From NCBI GenBank assembly GCA_026026165.1, contig JAPEUD010000011.1, positions 248,001 to 312,000 of the forward strand: DNA of 64,000 nucleotides, written 5' to 3'. The notes beneath the pieces were generated by a model. It was given only the letters and a program-made list of their open reading frames with translations. It had not been told where the DNA came from and searched no databases. Position numbers and translations under genes: made by a program. Origin of the DNA: Sarea resinae (lineage: Eukaryota). This document shows positions 13,706 to 24,969 of this stretch, piece by piece; positions within the stretch are counted from its first letter, which is position 1; every line of letters begins with the position of its first letter.

Positions 13706-14797
13706 ATGCACCGGCAAAAACCACTCACCCAGGTCGTCTACAACCATCTCTTCCCACATCCTCGACCCACGGACCCGGCATCCTTTGCCGTCCACCTGAG
13801 TCGAAATCTCATCCCCGAAGTGCGCATCGAGACTGCCACGTTTTACGGCACGCTCGATACCATCGAAGCCCGGTATCCAGGACTCGATTATTCCTATGGG
13901 CCCCATCGCATGCGGCTTGGTCGCTTCACCTGGCATCGGCGCCTTTTTCGAGCATTCGACGAGCTGCGCTTGACCGAATCGGAGATTGCAGCTCTCTGTC
14001 GCTGGGAAGGGACGAAATGGGCGCGGGAACGCTACGAGGCGGACGAAGGCATCAAGGTGCTCGACACCACGGGCGACGAGATTCCAGCGTGGATTGAACC
14101 CACGCGGAGGAATTCGCACAATCCTGCAGATCCAGCATGCCTCAGATCTGGATCCCGACCAATGCTCGAGCTCGACTCGGACCAGGAGCTCGACATTGTA
14201 GTGCGCCGTCTCGTTTCCGCCAGCCGCATCAGCCTCTTCCATCCCGATAGCAACGTGTCAGGACGGGATCTGAGCCCCGGGCGCGCCGTTCCTGTTACCC
14301 GCAATGGCAACAGCAGCAACAGCAATAGCGACAGCAACAACTACAGCAACAGCAACACCGCAGAATTACCTCCAAGCCCTCGCGCCGTTCCCCGAATGCG
14401 CCATCACCGCAGTACTAACAACAACACCGCACCGCGAGCTCAAAGTCTCGATCGTACCGTTCCTCGATCATACCATGCCACCGACGAGGAAAGCGAAGAC
14501 GAGATCGAAAGCGTCGGCGTCGACCTCAACCGACGTCTTTTGGCTGCCGCCGAGGCTCGAGAGCGCAACGGTCCCGACGCGGGCGTGGGTGTCGTCATGG
14601 ACGAGGAATGGGAGCAGTGGTTGAAGGAGGCTGCCGAGCGCGGGGCTCTTCCAGACCCGACGAGCGCTTTCAGAGCAGCGGGCAACCCCCTTTCATCTCT
14701 AGTTCCACCCATCCCATCTCTTCCGGCGTTGCCGGGTCGACAAAACATGTCTAGTCAGCCATCTCCTTCGAATGCCCCGACGGGCACGGCCATGTGA
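13706..14797 (+). CDS. Hypothetical protein: globular N-terminal half, disordered C-terminal half
   Basis: Intronless 363-aa ORF with protein-like composition (HLFPHPRPTDP...NLIPEVRIETATFYG...EARYPGLDY...HRMRLGRFTWHRRLFRAFDELRLT...CRWEGTKWARERYE); no recognised domain. Confidence 0.8.
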   Translation: MHRQKPLTQVVYNHLFPHPRPTDPASFAVHLSRNLIPEVRIETATFYGTLDTIEARYPGLDYSYGPHRMRLGRFTWHRRLFRAFDELRLTESEIAALCRWEGTKWARERYEADEGIKVLDTTGDEIPAWIEPTRRNSHNPADPACLRSGSRPMLELDSDQELDIVVRRLVSASRISLFHPDSNVSGRDLSPGRAVPVTRNGNSSNSNSDSNNYSNSNTAELPPSPRAVPRMRHHRSTNNNTAPRAQSLDRTVPRSYHATDEESEDEIESVGVDLNRRLLAAAEARERNGPDAGVGVVMDEEWEQWLKEAAERGALPDPTSAFRAAGNPLSSLVPPIPSLPALPGRQNMSSQPSPSNAPTGTAM

Positions 14798-15951
14798 CAA
14801 GACTCTTCTGTCCTTTTCTTTCCTTGGGCTCCTAGACGATTTCCTTTTTTTTCTTTTGCCAAATCCAAGCCCATTGCATTTTCTATTGGTATCATCATCG
14901 GAGCGGAGTCTGGTCCTTGGGTGATGGTCTCGTCCGATCTTTTTTGCTTGACCTAAATTGTTGCTTTGCTTTTGCTCGCTCTGCAGGACACAGAGATGGC
15001 ATTGGAGGGTAAGCGTGGCGTGGCGTATCTTGCTTCTCTTTGCTTTATCGTTCTCAATACCCCATTGTCCACTTTCCCTGCTGTTCGGCCATGGTCGTTC
15101 ACCGCATTTCCTCTCATCCTGCCGTCGAATCGTTTCCATACTTTTCATCTCTACGGATCTTGTTGAGGTACTGGTCTCGGGCACGACGTGGCCTGGCCTG
15201 GCGAATGATAGAGACAAGGCTAGACGAGACGGATGGGACGGATAGTCTATCCTCTGCTGAGAAACTCATATGGGAATGGTAGCGAGAAGGGCTGGACACG
15301 CATAGCCGTGCTGTGCTAGAATGAGATTGAGGGATTTTGCTTTTCCGAATAGAAAGAGGACTGACTGCTGGCTGGTTGGCTGTTTGGTTGGTTGAAAGGA
15401 ACTGGAAACGAGGCAGACTGTATATATATCTACGCAACGAATGAAGACAACCACAACAAATCAATGCAACAGGCAATCATGCGCTATCACCAGCACAGTT
15501 ACACTTTACTTATACTTATACTTACACTTCCCTTACACACTTACACTTACACTTCACATCCACATCCAAGTCCACATCCACTTACAATACTCTAACACTT
15601 ACGCTTCACAGCCACAGCCACGTCGACATACACATACCTGTACCCACATATAGCAACGGCGTGCGTGCCAGCCAGCTACAACTAACAAAGACGCCAACTC
15701 CGACATGACCCCTGAGAATTGCAAAACCATGGAATCGACTCCGGCGAACCTTGGCGCCTTTTTCTCTCCTCTCTCCTCTGTCCTCTGTCCTCTCTCCCTC
15801 TTTCTCCTTTTGCCTTGTTTGTCAGCTAGGGGAGGGGCCCAGCCCAGCCCAGTCCAGCCTCTTCTAGTCCAAGGCAAGTGAGTCTTCTGAGTCGAAACCC
15901 TTTTGAATATTCCAGTCTGTGGGGGGTTGGGGGGGGTGTTTGGCTGTTTCG

Positions 15952-16073
<122 letters not shown>

Positions 16074-16720
16074 CCTTCTATCCCCTTCCCACCCTCCTAT
16101 CTAGCAAGAAACGGACTAGAATGTATCCTAGCACATATCTCTCACCCTATTCCAGGATATCGAGGCCTTTGCTCGTTTGCCTGCTCATTTGCTCGTTTGC
16201 CTGCTCGTTTGCTCGTTTGCTCATTTGTCTCATTATTTATTCATCTCTTCATCTGTCTGCCTTTTTGTTTGTCTGTTGATTTATCCCGTCCGCTTATTTG
16301 CTCGTTTGCTTGCCCGTTCATCCGCTCATTCGTCTCTCTTTTATTCGTTTATAAGAAAGGCGCTCAAAACTCTTCTTGCTTCTACAGCGGCCGTGGGTTT
16401 TGGCTTGTGAGTCAACTAAGAAGAAAGGAGAGGGGGAGAGGATAGAGGGAGAGGAGAGGGGCCTTTTTGCGAAAATTGGGAAAGCGGGAGAAGGGGGGCG
16501 AGGGGTTGCATTTTCTTTTTCTTTTCTTTTTTTTTTCTTTCTTTCACGTCTTTTCGAGGGTAGAGAGGTGGAGAGGTGGAGAGGTGGACAGAGGTAGAGA
16601 GGAGTGGGGGTTGGGAGAGGAGAGGAGAGGCGCGGAGAGAGAAAGAGAGAGAGAAAGGAGCAGAATAGGACCGAGAAAGATGGCTGGAAGATCCAAGTCC
16701 CATCCACACATCGCCAACGA

Positions 16721-16797
16721 AAAAAAGAAAGAAAGAAAGAAAGAAACATTGTAAACAAACCAGACCCAGACCCAGACCCAGACCCAGACCCAGATCC
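16721..16797. repeat. (AAAG)n followed by (CAGACC)~6 microsatellites
   Basis: Directly visible. Confidence 0.9.
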
Positions 16798-17167
16798 GAC
16801 TCGATATGCTTCTATATTTTCAGAAAGAGGAGTCGGCGTCTGCGTCTCATGGATCGGATTCCGCGCATAATAGAGTGGTCTCGTATTCATCTTGCCTTGT
16901 CTCCTCTCTGAACGGGCTCCTTGGGGTTATATGTTTATGTTGTGTTTTGTTGTGTATGCTATATCTCAAGTCTGATCTCTGATATCTGATATCTCGTATC
17001 TTGAGAGCGGACAGCGCATGCGAGATCACCTCTAACCCATGCCATCCTATCCCAGCCCATCAAAACACCAAACCGCACCCCCTCCTTCCCCCTCCTTCCT
17101 TCTTCCCTCTCAAAAATCAGAAAAAGCCCGAACCCCCAAGGCAAAACCCAACACAGCACACCAAACA

Positions 17168-18603
17168 TCAATGATTCCTCGCAACGACCTCCCTCGCAAA
17201 CCCCGCGAAATCCAACCCGCGGTCCACATCGACCAGATCGGCCAGATTCGGCTGCGTGAACACGGCGATGGTATTCCGGGCGATTTTCCTGGCCCCAGAG
17301 TCTCGGTCCCCCGAGTCCCGCGGCCCCTTGACAAAGTGCGGGACGGCGCGAAACTTGCCGCGCGTGATGCGCTCGAGGGCCTCGCCCGTCTGGAAGCCGA
17401 GGCTGTCGCGCGGGATGGAGACTTTGACGACGGCGGAGGAGCGCGAGTGGATGTAGAGGCCTGAGGACGGGGAGGGGGAGGTGGGGAGTTCGGGGAGCGT
17501 GGGGAGCGTGGTGCCATGGGAAGGGAGAGGGAGGGAGGGCGGGTGGGCGGTCTCGTCGATGAAAAAGGCTGATGTTAGGCCTGTCAGGCAGCCGTGGTCG
17601 AGATGCGTGGCACACCAATCGTCATCGTCGTCGTTGGCGTCCTTTTTGTCTCCCTTTTCTTTCCCTTCTCCACTACTTGCCGGGGGGAAGTAATGCAGTA
17701 GCCTCGCCTTGGTCGTCAGACTGCCCTTGACCACGCCTTCGAGGAACCCGGCCCCGTCGGGCCCGCGCGCCTGCGGATACCCGTCTACCTTTTCACGCGC
17801 GTACCGGTCGCAGGCCCGCGCCACCAGCACCGCCGTGTCGATGATCAGCGTGACGAGCGCTTGGAAGGTGGTGCGGAAGCCGGGGAGGAGGCTGTCGGCG
17901 GGCCAGATGTTCGGGGCCGTGTATTCGGGGAAGTCGCCTAGCGATGACGGGGTGGAGCTTGGTGGAGCCGTGCTGGGGCTGGTGTAGGCCGGGGCAGAGG
18001 AGAGAGAGGCGTCTTTGTAAAAGGCGCAGTTGACGTAGTAGGACCCCTTGTGCGTGTCGTAGACGCCCGACTTGAGCGTCTCGCGCCCGTGCGACCAGCC
18101 CACGAGCCATTTCGCCTCGGGGCATTCGAGCTTGGCTGTGCGGCGAGTGTCAGCTGTGAACGAGTAGTGAAGGTAGACGAAAGAGGGCCAGAGAAGACTG
18201 GAGACGAGATGATGATGCAGGAGTACCCACCCAGTTCCTCGGCCGGTAGGTTCGCCAGATACGACGCATAACTCAGTAGTTTGGCGCGCAATTCCGCGAA
18301 TTGAGAGGGCAGGTCGCTGACGAGGAGGATGCCGAGCGAGGATGGCCCAAAGGCAGCTTCGAGGGTTGAGAAGGGGACTGTGCCTGCTGGTCGTCAGTAG
18401 GCGTTCATTACTGAGGTCCACATAGATGATCTTCATAGGGGCGCGTAGGATCAGGGGTGGAAGTCGTTGCGCCGGATCGCGGCGACCGGGCGGGGTTTAG
18501 GTCAGTGCAGTCGAGGCTTACCTGCGCGCAGATCTTCGAGCGAGACTGAGATGGCCTCTGCCTTGGTGGCCGATGTGGTGGTGACGCCATTGGAGGGAGC
18601 CAT
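17168..18603 (-). CDS. 2-oxoglutarate/Fe(II)-dependent oxygenase (IPNS/DIOX_N-like)
   Basis: Exons 18603-18522, 18383-18231 and 18135-17168. AFGPSSLGILLVSDLP, VGWSHGRETL, KGSYYVN, APNIWP, KARLLHYFP; Fe ligands WCATHLDHG (HxD) and AVPHFV; 2OG-binding RNT. Confidence 0.9.
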
Positions 18604-19019
18604 TGTGTCCGCCCTTCAGCGATTAATCGATGAAAGCGGGAGTGGGATAACGGAGGTGGAGAAATCGCGGGGCAGTCCGCCCTTTATCATGGATGGAAGC
18701 GGGGAGTCTGGCGTGTTTTGTTTTCTGCCGGACAGGACGCTCTAGGCGTTCGGGCATGGCCGCTCAGCTTCTGTGACAGGCATAGTTCGGAGCCCACCGC
18801 CTTGGCTTGCGGCGGTGGTGGCGGGGGAAGAGCTTCATTTCAACTCCAGTCGAGCGTTTTCTATCAGCCGCCCACGATCGACAAATCAATCATAAGCTGA
18901 GGCGATTCAGGGCGATGTATGTGCATCCTCAGGCCTCGGCGACAGTGGGCGCGCTTTGTGATCCTGATGGCCTGTGTCGTGTCGATGGTTCAATTGCAAC
19001 CGTCGCGGCCTTTGTATTG

Positions 19020-22000
19020 AATCGCCCACGGCCGGTAAATATTGAGTCTCGTTTGAATAATAAAGCCCCAATATTAGCGGATTTCCGCGACTCTCGGCGG
19101 CGTTCAGCGATTGTTTGCGACCCTGGTGGGCTGATGATGCTGTCGACGCTGGCGATGGCGGGATGGGGATGGTTGGTCTTTGTAATTCATGGCTCTGCTT
19201 CCCCATATTCCGCCCGCCACGACTCAATCGCCCGTGGTCGCTCGGGGCTGTAAATACAGACTCAAATTAAAGACATCTAGGCCATTAATATGCGACCCTC
19301 GGCGCCCCCGCGCGACCAGCAGCGATCAAACGCGTTGGTACTCCGTAGACGGTCCTGGAATGGTCTTGGTCGCTCATGACCGCCACTCAATCGCCCAGCG
19401 CCCATCGCCACAACTCCGACGCTCACAACCACCCCTGGTCGCTCAGCGCTGTCAATACAGAATTAGATCGTGTACATTCAGAGGAATCATTTGCGCCCCT
19501 CGGCACCCTCCCGCGACCAGCAGCGAGTCCGAGCGTCCTGGTGGTCGTGGTGATGCTAGGGGGTGCTAGCGAGTCGGGCGGGCAAAGGGGTAACTTATGA
19601 GATGGGCACGATGGCCACAACCCCCACGGCCACAGCCACCAACGGTCGCCCAAGGCTATAAATGTAGATTTGGATGAGGCGTATTCAGAGGAATCATCTG
19701 CGTCCTCGGCGGCCCCCCGCGCCCAGCAATTGTTGAGAGCGTGCAGTAGTTCTCGGGATCTAGCCGATTGAGGGGCGGCGATCTATGAATTACCGCCGGA
19801 TTTCGCTACCTCGTGTTGAATGACGACGCTCGCGTTCAACTCACGGTGAAATTCTTTCAAACTTGAAACTTGAAGTCGCGTCATATTTTCCTACAATGGA
19901 TTCAAATCTCAAAAGATTTCAGCGGTGGGTGGTTGGTCGCGGCCAGCGTCATTGTCGGAGTCCAATCCTGGTACATGGTCCACGGGCAATTAGACGTATC
20001 ATTCAAAGTACCACCTCTGATTTCTCTGCCCTTCTGTGATAATCATCCACGCTTTCGACCCCCAACGGTCCAAATGGGCCAAAATCAACGCCACAGGGTC
20101 GCGGGATGTAGATATGCTAGCCGCGTCGGTTTGAAGAGATTTGACCGGTTCTTTGGTCAACGCGTTCGTGCTTGGCGTTTTCGAGTCACAGTCAGATACT
20201 AGGGGGCTAGCGAATCTGGCCGTCTTTACTATCCACCGCGCCACGTCAACGCCCACGCCTGGAATCGCCCACGGTCACTTTAAGCTATAATTATAGATCT
20301 GGATTAGCTAGATTCAGGCGATTCATTCGCGACCACAGGCGCCTCCCCGCGACCAGCAGCGAGCGCACGCGTCCTGGTGATTGTGCTGCCCGCGGTGAAA
20401 CAAGGGGCCTAGCGGGCAGCAGGCTGGTAGGGTCCCTACAACTCAACGCGTGCAATATTCGCCGGTCACCCAGGGTTATAGATCTCGCATTCGATTAGAC
20501 ATATTCAGGGGAGTAGTTGGCGTCCTTGGCGGCCTCCCGCGCCCAGCAGCGAGCGCGCGCGTCCTGGTGGCCGCGGTGATTAGAGGGGCCTGGCGGGCAG
20601 GCTGGTAGGATCACCACAACTCAACGCCCTTTTCCGTCCATGGTCGCCCTGGGGTAAGGTTCTCGATCTGGATCAGGTAGATCTAGAGGAATCATTTGCC
20701 ACTATAGGCGGCCTTCCGCGACCAACAGCGACTGTACGCGTCCTGGTGGTAGTGGCGGTTTTAGGGGTCCTAGCGAGTCTGGGAATGGCCTTGATAACTC
20801 ATAGATCGCCGCTCAACGCCCGCAACCGCCCACCGTCAGAGAGGCTTTATATTATAGACTTGGATCATCTATATGCAGAGGAATCATTTGCGACCATCTG
20901 CGCCCCCCCGCGACCAACAGCTATTGAACGCGTCCTAGTGACTGTAGTACCTACCGTGACTCTAGGGGGCTAGCGAGTCTGGATTATGAGTTCCCACAAC
21001 TTTACGCGTGCAACGGCCCACGGTCGCCGAGGCTTGATATTATAGATCTGGATTATGCATATTTAGACCATCAATTTGCGCCTACCAGCGTTCCCCCGCG
21101 ACCAGCAGCGAGCGCACGCGGGGTGGTAATTGCAGTGACCGCGGTGAAAGGGGCTAGCGAATCTGGGAGTGGTCTTGGTGGTTGACTTATGAGATCCCAC
21201 AACTCAACGCGTGCAACGGCCCACGGTCGGAGAGGCTTGATTTTATAGATCTGGATTAGGTATACTTAGGGGAACTATCTGCGTCCTCGGCGGCCTCTCG
21301 CGCGCGGCCGCGAGCACACGCGTGGGTGGTTAGTGATCCTAGAGGGTCTGTGTTTATACTATCTCACAACGCCGCTTCAACGCCCGCACCCGCCCACGGT
21401 CAGTTTGGGCTATCATTGTAGATCTGGATCAGTTATATCTAGGGCAATCACCTGCGTGCTTGGCAGCCTCCCGCGACTAGCAGCGAGCGCACGCGTGGGT
21501 GGTTAGTGATACTCGGGGGCTTGCGAACTTGGCAGGCTTTATACCATCTCACAACGCCGCTTCGACGCCTGCACCCGCCCACGGTCAGTTTGGGCTATAA
21601 TTGTAGATCTGGATCAGTTATATCCAGGGCAATTACCTGCGTCCTTGGCAGCCTCCCACGACTAGCAGCGATCGGACGCGTTGGTGGTTAGTGATATTTC
21701 TCACAACGCCCCTTCAGCGCCTGGAGTCGCCCACGCCTGAGCTCGCTCACCGTTGCTTTGGGCTATAATTACAGCTATGGATTAGGTGGATTCAGAGGAT
21801 TCATTTGCCCCTATCAGCGTCCTCCTGCGACCAGTAGCGAGCGCACGCGTGGGTGTTTAGTGATTCTTAGGGAGGCTGGCGTCTCGGTAGGCGTTTATAC
21901 TATCTCACAGCGCCCCTTTGACGCCTGGAATCGCCCACGCCTGAGCTCGCCCACCGTTGCTTTGGGCTGTAATTCTAGACTTGGATCAATTATATTCAGG

Positions 22001-22470
22001 GCAATCACCCGCGTTCTTGGCAGCCTCCCGCGACCGGCAGCGAGCGCACGCGTGGGTGTATGGTGATGCCTCAGGGGGCTCGCGAGCGAGTCTGGCGGTC
22101 TCGGTAGGTGTTTATTATCTCGCAACGCCACCTCCACGCCCGCAACGGCCCACCGTTATTTTGGGCTACAATTCTAGGTGTGGATTAAACAGATGCAGAG
22201 CTATCATTTGCGACCCTCGGCGCGCCCCCGCGAGCAGCAGCGAGCGCACGCGTGGTGACGGTGGTAGTCCTGGCGAATCTAGGCGTTTATACTATCGCAA
22301 CGCCCTTCAGCGCCTGGAATCGCCCACGCGTGGACTCGCCCACGGTCAGTTTGGGCTATAATTACAGCTATGGATTAAACAGATGCAGAGCTGTCATTTG
22401 CGACCCTCGGCGCGCCCCCGCGAGCAGCAGCGAGCGCACGCGTGGCGACTGTGGTAGCCCTGGTGATCGT
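19020..22470. repeat. Degenerate head-to-tail array of ~15 units of ~170-205 bp, interrupted at ~19735-20190
   Basis: Core CCGCGACCAGCAGCGAGCGCACGCGT (with variants) at ~19311, 19511, 19717, 20347, 20537, 20716, 20908, 21096, 21298, 21471, 21656, 21825, 22028, 22228 and 22418, preceded by CGCCCACGGTC...GGGCTATAATT...AGATCTGGAT...ATCATTTGCG-like blocks. Confidence 0.93.
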
Positions 22471-22605
22471 CTGGGCTAAAGGTCCATCTGGTGAACTGCC
22501 GAATCTACTTGAGACAAAGCACAGACCACCACCACCGCCATCACCATCATCATCGAGTCTGCCGCGGCTACCAGCTCTGACTGCATCAACAGAAACAAAA
22601 TCAAC

Positions 22606-23478
22606 ATGGTCAAGCCCTTGACCTTCAAGGGCGACAAGCCGGCCAAGAAGCGCAAACGCGCGGCGGCCTCGACCTACGGCGACGGCCACGACGATAACCA
22701 TCACGACGACGACCGCCCCTCCAAAGCCTCGAAAGAAACCACCGCCCTCATATCAACCTCGCAACACAAAACCACAGACACGACCGCCGACGACGACAGC
22801 TGGGTGTCCGCCGACACGCCGACCGACATCACCGGCCCGATCATCCTCGTTCTACCGACTACGCCCCCGACCGCCCTGGCCTCGGACGCCAACGGCTCCA
22901 TCTTCGCCAGCGCGCTCGAGAACATCATCGACGGCGACCCGGCGACGGCGGAACCGCACGACGTGCGGCAGGTGTGGCGCGTGGCCGCGATCGCCGGCAC
23001 CGAGGGCCGCAGTCTCAAGGGCCACCACGGCCGCTACCTGGGCAGCGACAAGTTCGGGATCCTGAGCGCGACGCGCGAGGCCGTGTCGGCCGAAGAGTCG
23101 TTTGGCTTCATTCCGGCGCCGGGCCAGCCGGGGCTTTTTGGTATTCAGACGGCGCGGGAGACATTCTTGACCGTGTCCGGCGGCTCGGGCGATGGTGCCA
23201 AGGCGGCGGCGGAGTTGCGCGGCGATGCGGAGACGATCTCGTTCACGAGCGCGGTGCGTGTGCGCATGCAGGCGCGGTTCAAGCCGCGGCTGAAGGCGTC
23301 GCGGGAGGAGAAGGCGCGCGAGAAGATCTCGCGCAAGGAGCTCGAGGAGGTCGTCGGCCGGCGGCTGAGTGACGAGGAGGTGCGACGGCTCAAGAGGGCG
23401 AGGCGCGAGGGCGACTATCACGAGGTTATTCTTGATGTGCGGGTCAAGGGGAAGCATGATAAATTCGCCTCTTCGTGA
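22606..23478 (+). CDS. FRG1: FRG1-like protein (fascin-like fold, spliceosome-associated)
   Basis: Intronless 290 aa: MVKPLTFKGDKPAKKRKR, DDSWVSAD...DITGPIILVLP, AEPHDVRQVW, KGHHGRYLGSDKFGILSA, LRGDAETISF, RMQARFKP, LKRARREGDYHEVILDVRVKGKHDKFA. Confidence 0.93.
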   Translation: MVKPLTFKGDKPAKKRKRAAASTYGDGHDDNHHDDDRPSKASKETTALISTSQHKTTDTTADDDSWVSADTPTDITGPIILVLPTTPPTALASDANGSIFASALENIIDGDPATAEPHDVRQVWRVAAIAGTEGRSLKGHHGRYLGSDKFGILSATREAVSAEESFGFIPAPGQPGLFGIQTARETFLTVSGGSGDGAKAAAELRGDAETISFTSAVRVRMQARFKPRLKASREEKAREKISRKELEEVVGRRLSDEEVRRLKRARREGDYHEVILDVRVKGKHDKFASS

Positions 23479-24832
23479 TTGTCCTGTCGTCTTTCGTCCT
23501 ATCGTCTTTCGTCCTGTTGTCGCTTTCGTCTTTTCGTCTCACTGTCTGGCATATCCTCTCATCTCCTTCCGTCTCGCGCCACACTGTCTGCAACATATCC
23601 TCTTCTCTTCTCTCCTCTCAGCTGTGCGCTATTCTCTCGTCCCCTCACGCTCTCGCGCCTCTTTCATACACAGCTTCAATGGCAGTCTAGCTAAGAGAAC
23701 TACAATCACCAATTCAAACCCCTGATCTCCTCCCCCTCCCCCTTCCCTCCCCTCCCCTCCCTCCTCTCCTCTTTTATCTCCCCTCCTCCTCCTCCACTAT
23801 CATCCTTCTCTCGCCCTACTTTCTTACACTTCTCTCTCACACACACCCCCTCAACACGAATCTACCTTACATCAGCTAGAAGAAGAAGTAACCAGCAGAA
23901 CCACAATCACAATCACCAATTCAAAGACAGCTAGATCCTTAAACCTGCTTCTTAGACCTACTCCTTAGATCTCACGAGATACCGGACCTGCCGGACCCAC
24001 TAGACCGGTCTGTGTATCGTGTATTATATATTGTGTGTAGTGTGTAGTGCGTGTTGTATGTTGTATGTTATATATTGTGCTAGTCTGTGGCGCTGGCATT
24101 AACTACAGACGTCTTGTTGCTTGTATCGCCCCTTATTTTTATTCCCTCTTGAATGGATCTCGTCTCTGATTTTATTACTCCTATCACTCTTCTCACTCTT
24201 ATTGCCTCTGATTGAATCTCTGATTTGATCTCCCCTGATTCAATCTCCTCTGCTTTAAATCTCTAATTCTATCTCCCCTGATTCAATCGCCCCTGGTCTT
24301 GTCACATCTAATCTCGCCGCCCTGATTTCGTCTCTAGACCACTGATCTCATCTCCCTCGCCTCGCCTCTAATCCAATTGCCTTTATTACTGATTATCACT
24401 CCCCTGTCCCCCTTGTCAGTCAAAAAAAAAAGGCAGGCTATGGTTAAACTATTCAACTAATCAACAAATCCCTTGACCTACTGATTCTATTATCGACAAA
24501 AAGGGAACAGAAAAGGAAAAGGAAAAGGAAAAGGAAAAGGAAAAGGAAAAGGAGGTATCTATTAGGAGATTCGACTGACGCCCATCTAGCTACGCCCATC
24601 TAGCTACGCCTGCTACATTTATCTTTATCTCTATCTCTATTACTAGCACTATAAACTAGCGCTTACAGCTCTCTCCTTTCGATAAAACTAATCATTACAA
24701 GGAGTAGTAGATCTTTGTCGGTTACGATTTGAGATCTCTTATCTAGCCTAGGTCTTATTTATATAGAGAAAGAAAGGATATTAGGTCATCTATTACGCTG
24801 TAGATCTCTATTTAGCCTGTTTGGAAAAAGAA

Positions 24833-24840
<8 letters not shown>

Positions 24841-24863
<23 letters not shown>

Positions 24864-24969
24864 AGAAGAAGAAGAAGAAGAAGAAGAAGAAGAAGAAGAA
24901 GAAGAAGAAGAAGAAGAAGAAGAAGAAGAAGAAGAAGAAGAAGAAGAAGAAGAAGAAGAAGAAGAAGAA
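24841..24969. repeat. (GAA)~43 perfect trinucleotide microsatellite; (GGAAAA)n nearby at ~24510-24553
   Basis: Directly visible. Confidence 0.98.

Noticed and set aside
19020..22470. Array as a CRISPR-like locus, ribozyme array or repeat-protein gene
   Set aside because: Sequences between cores are homologous to each other rather than unique spacers; no cas genes; no hammerhead CUGANGA/GAAA core seen; frames are broken by stops and indels.
19020..23478. Parallel with human FRG1 lying near the D4Z4 macrosatellite
   Set aside because: D4Z4 is a 3.3-kb DUX4-encoding repeat far from FRG1; nothing here suggests homology, so it is treated as coincidence.
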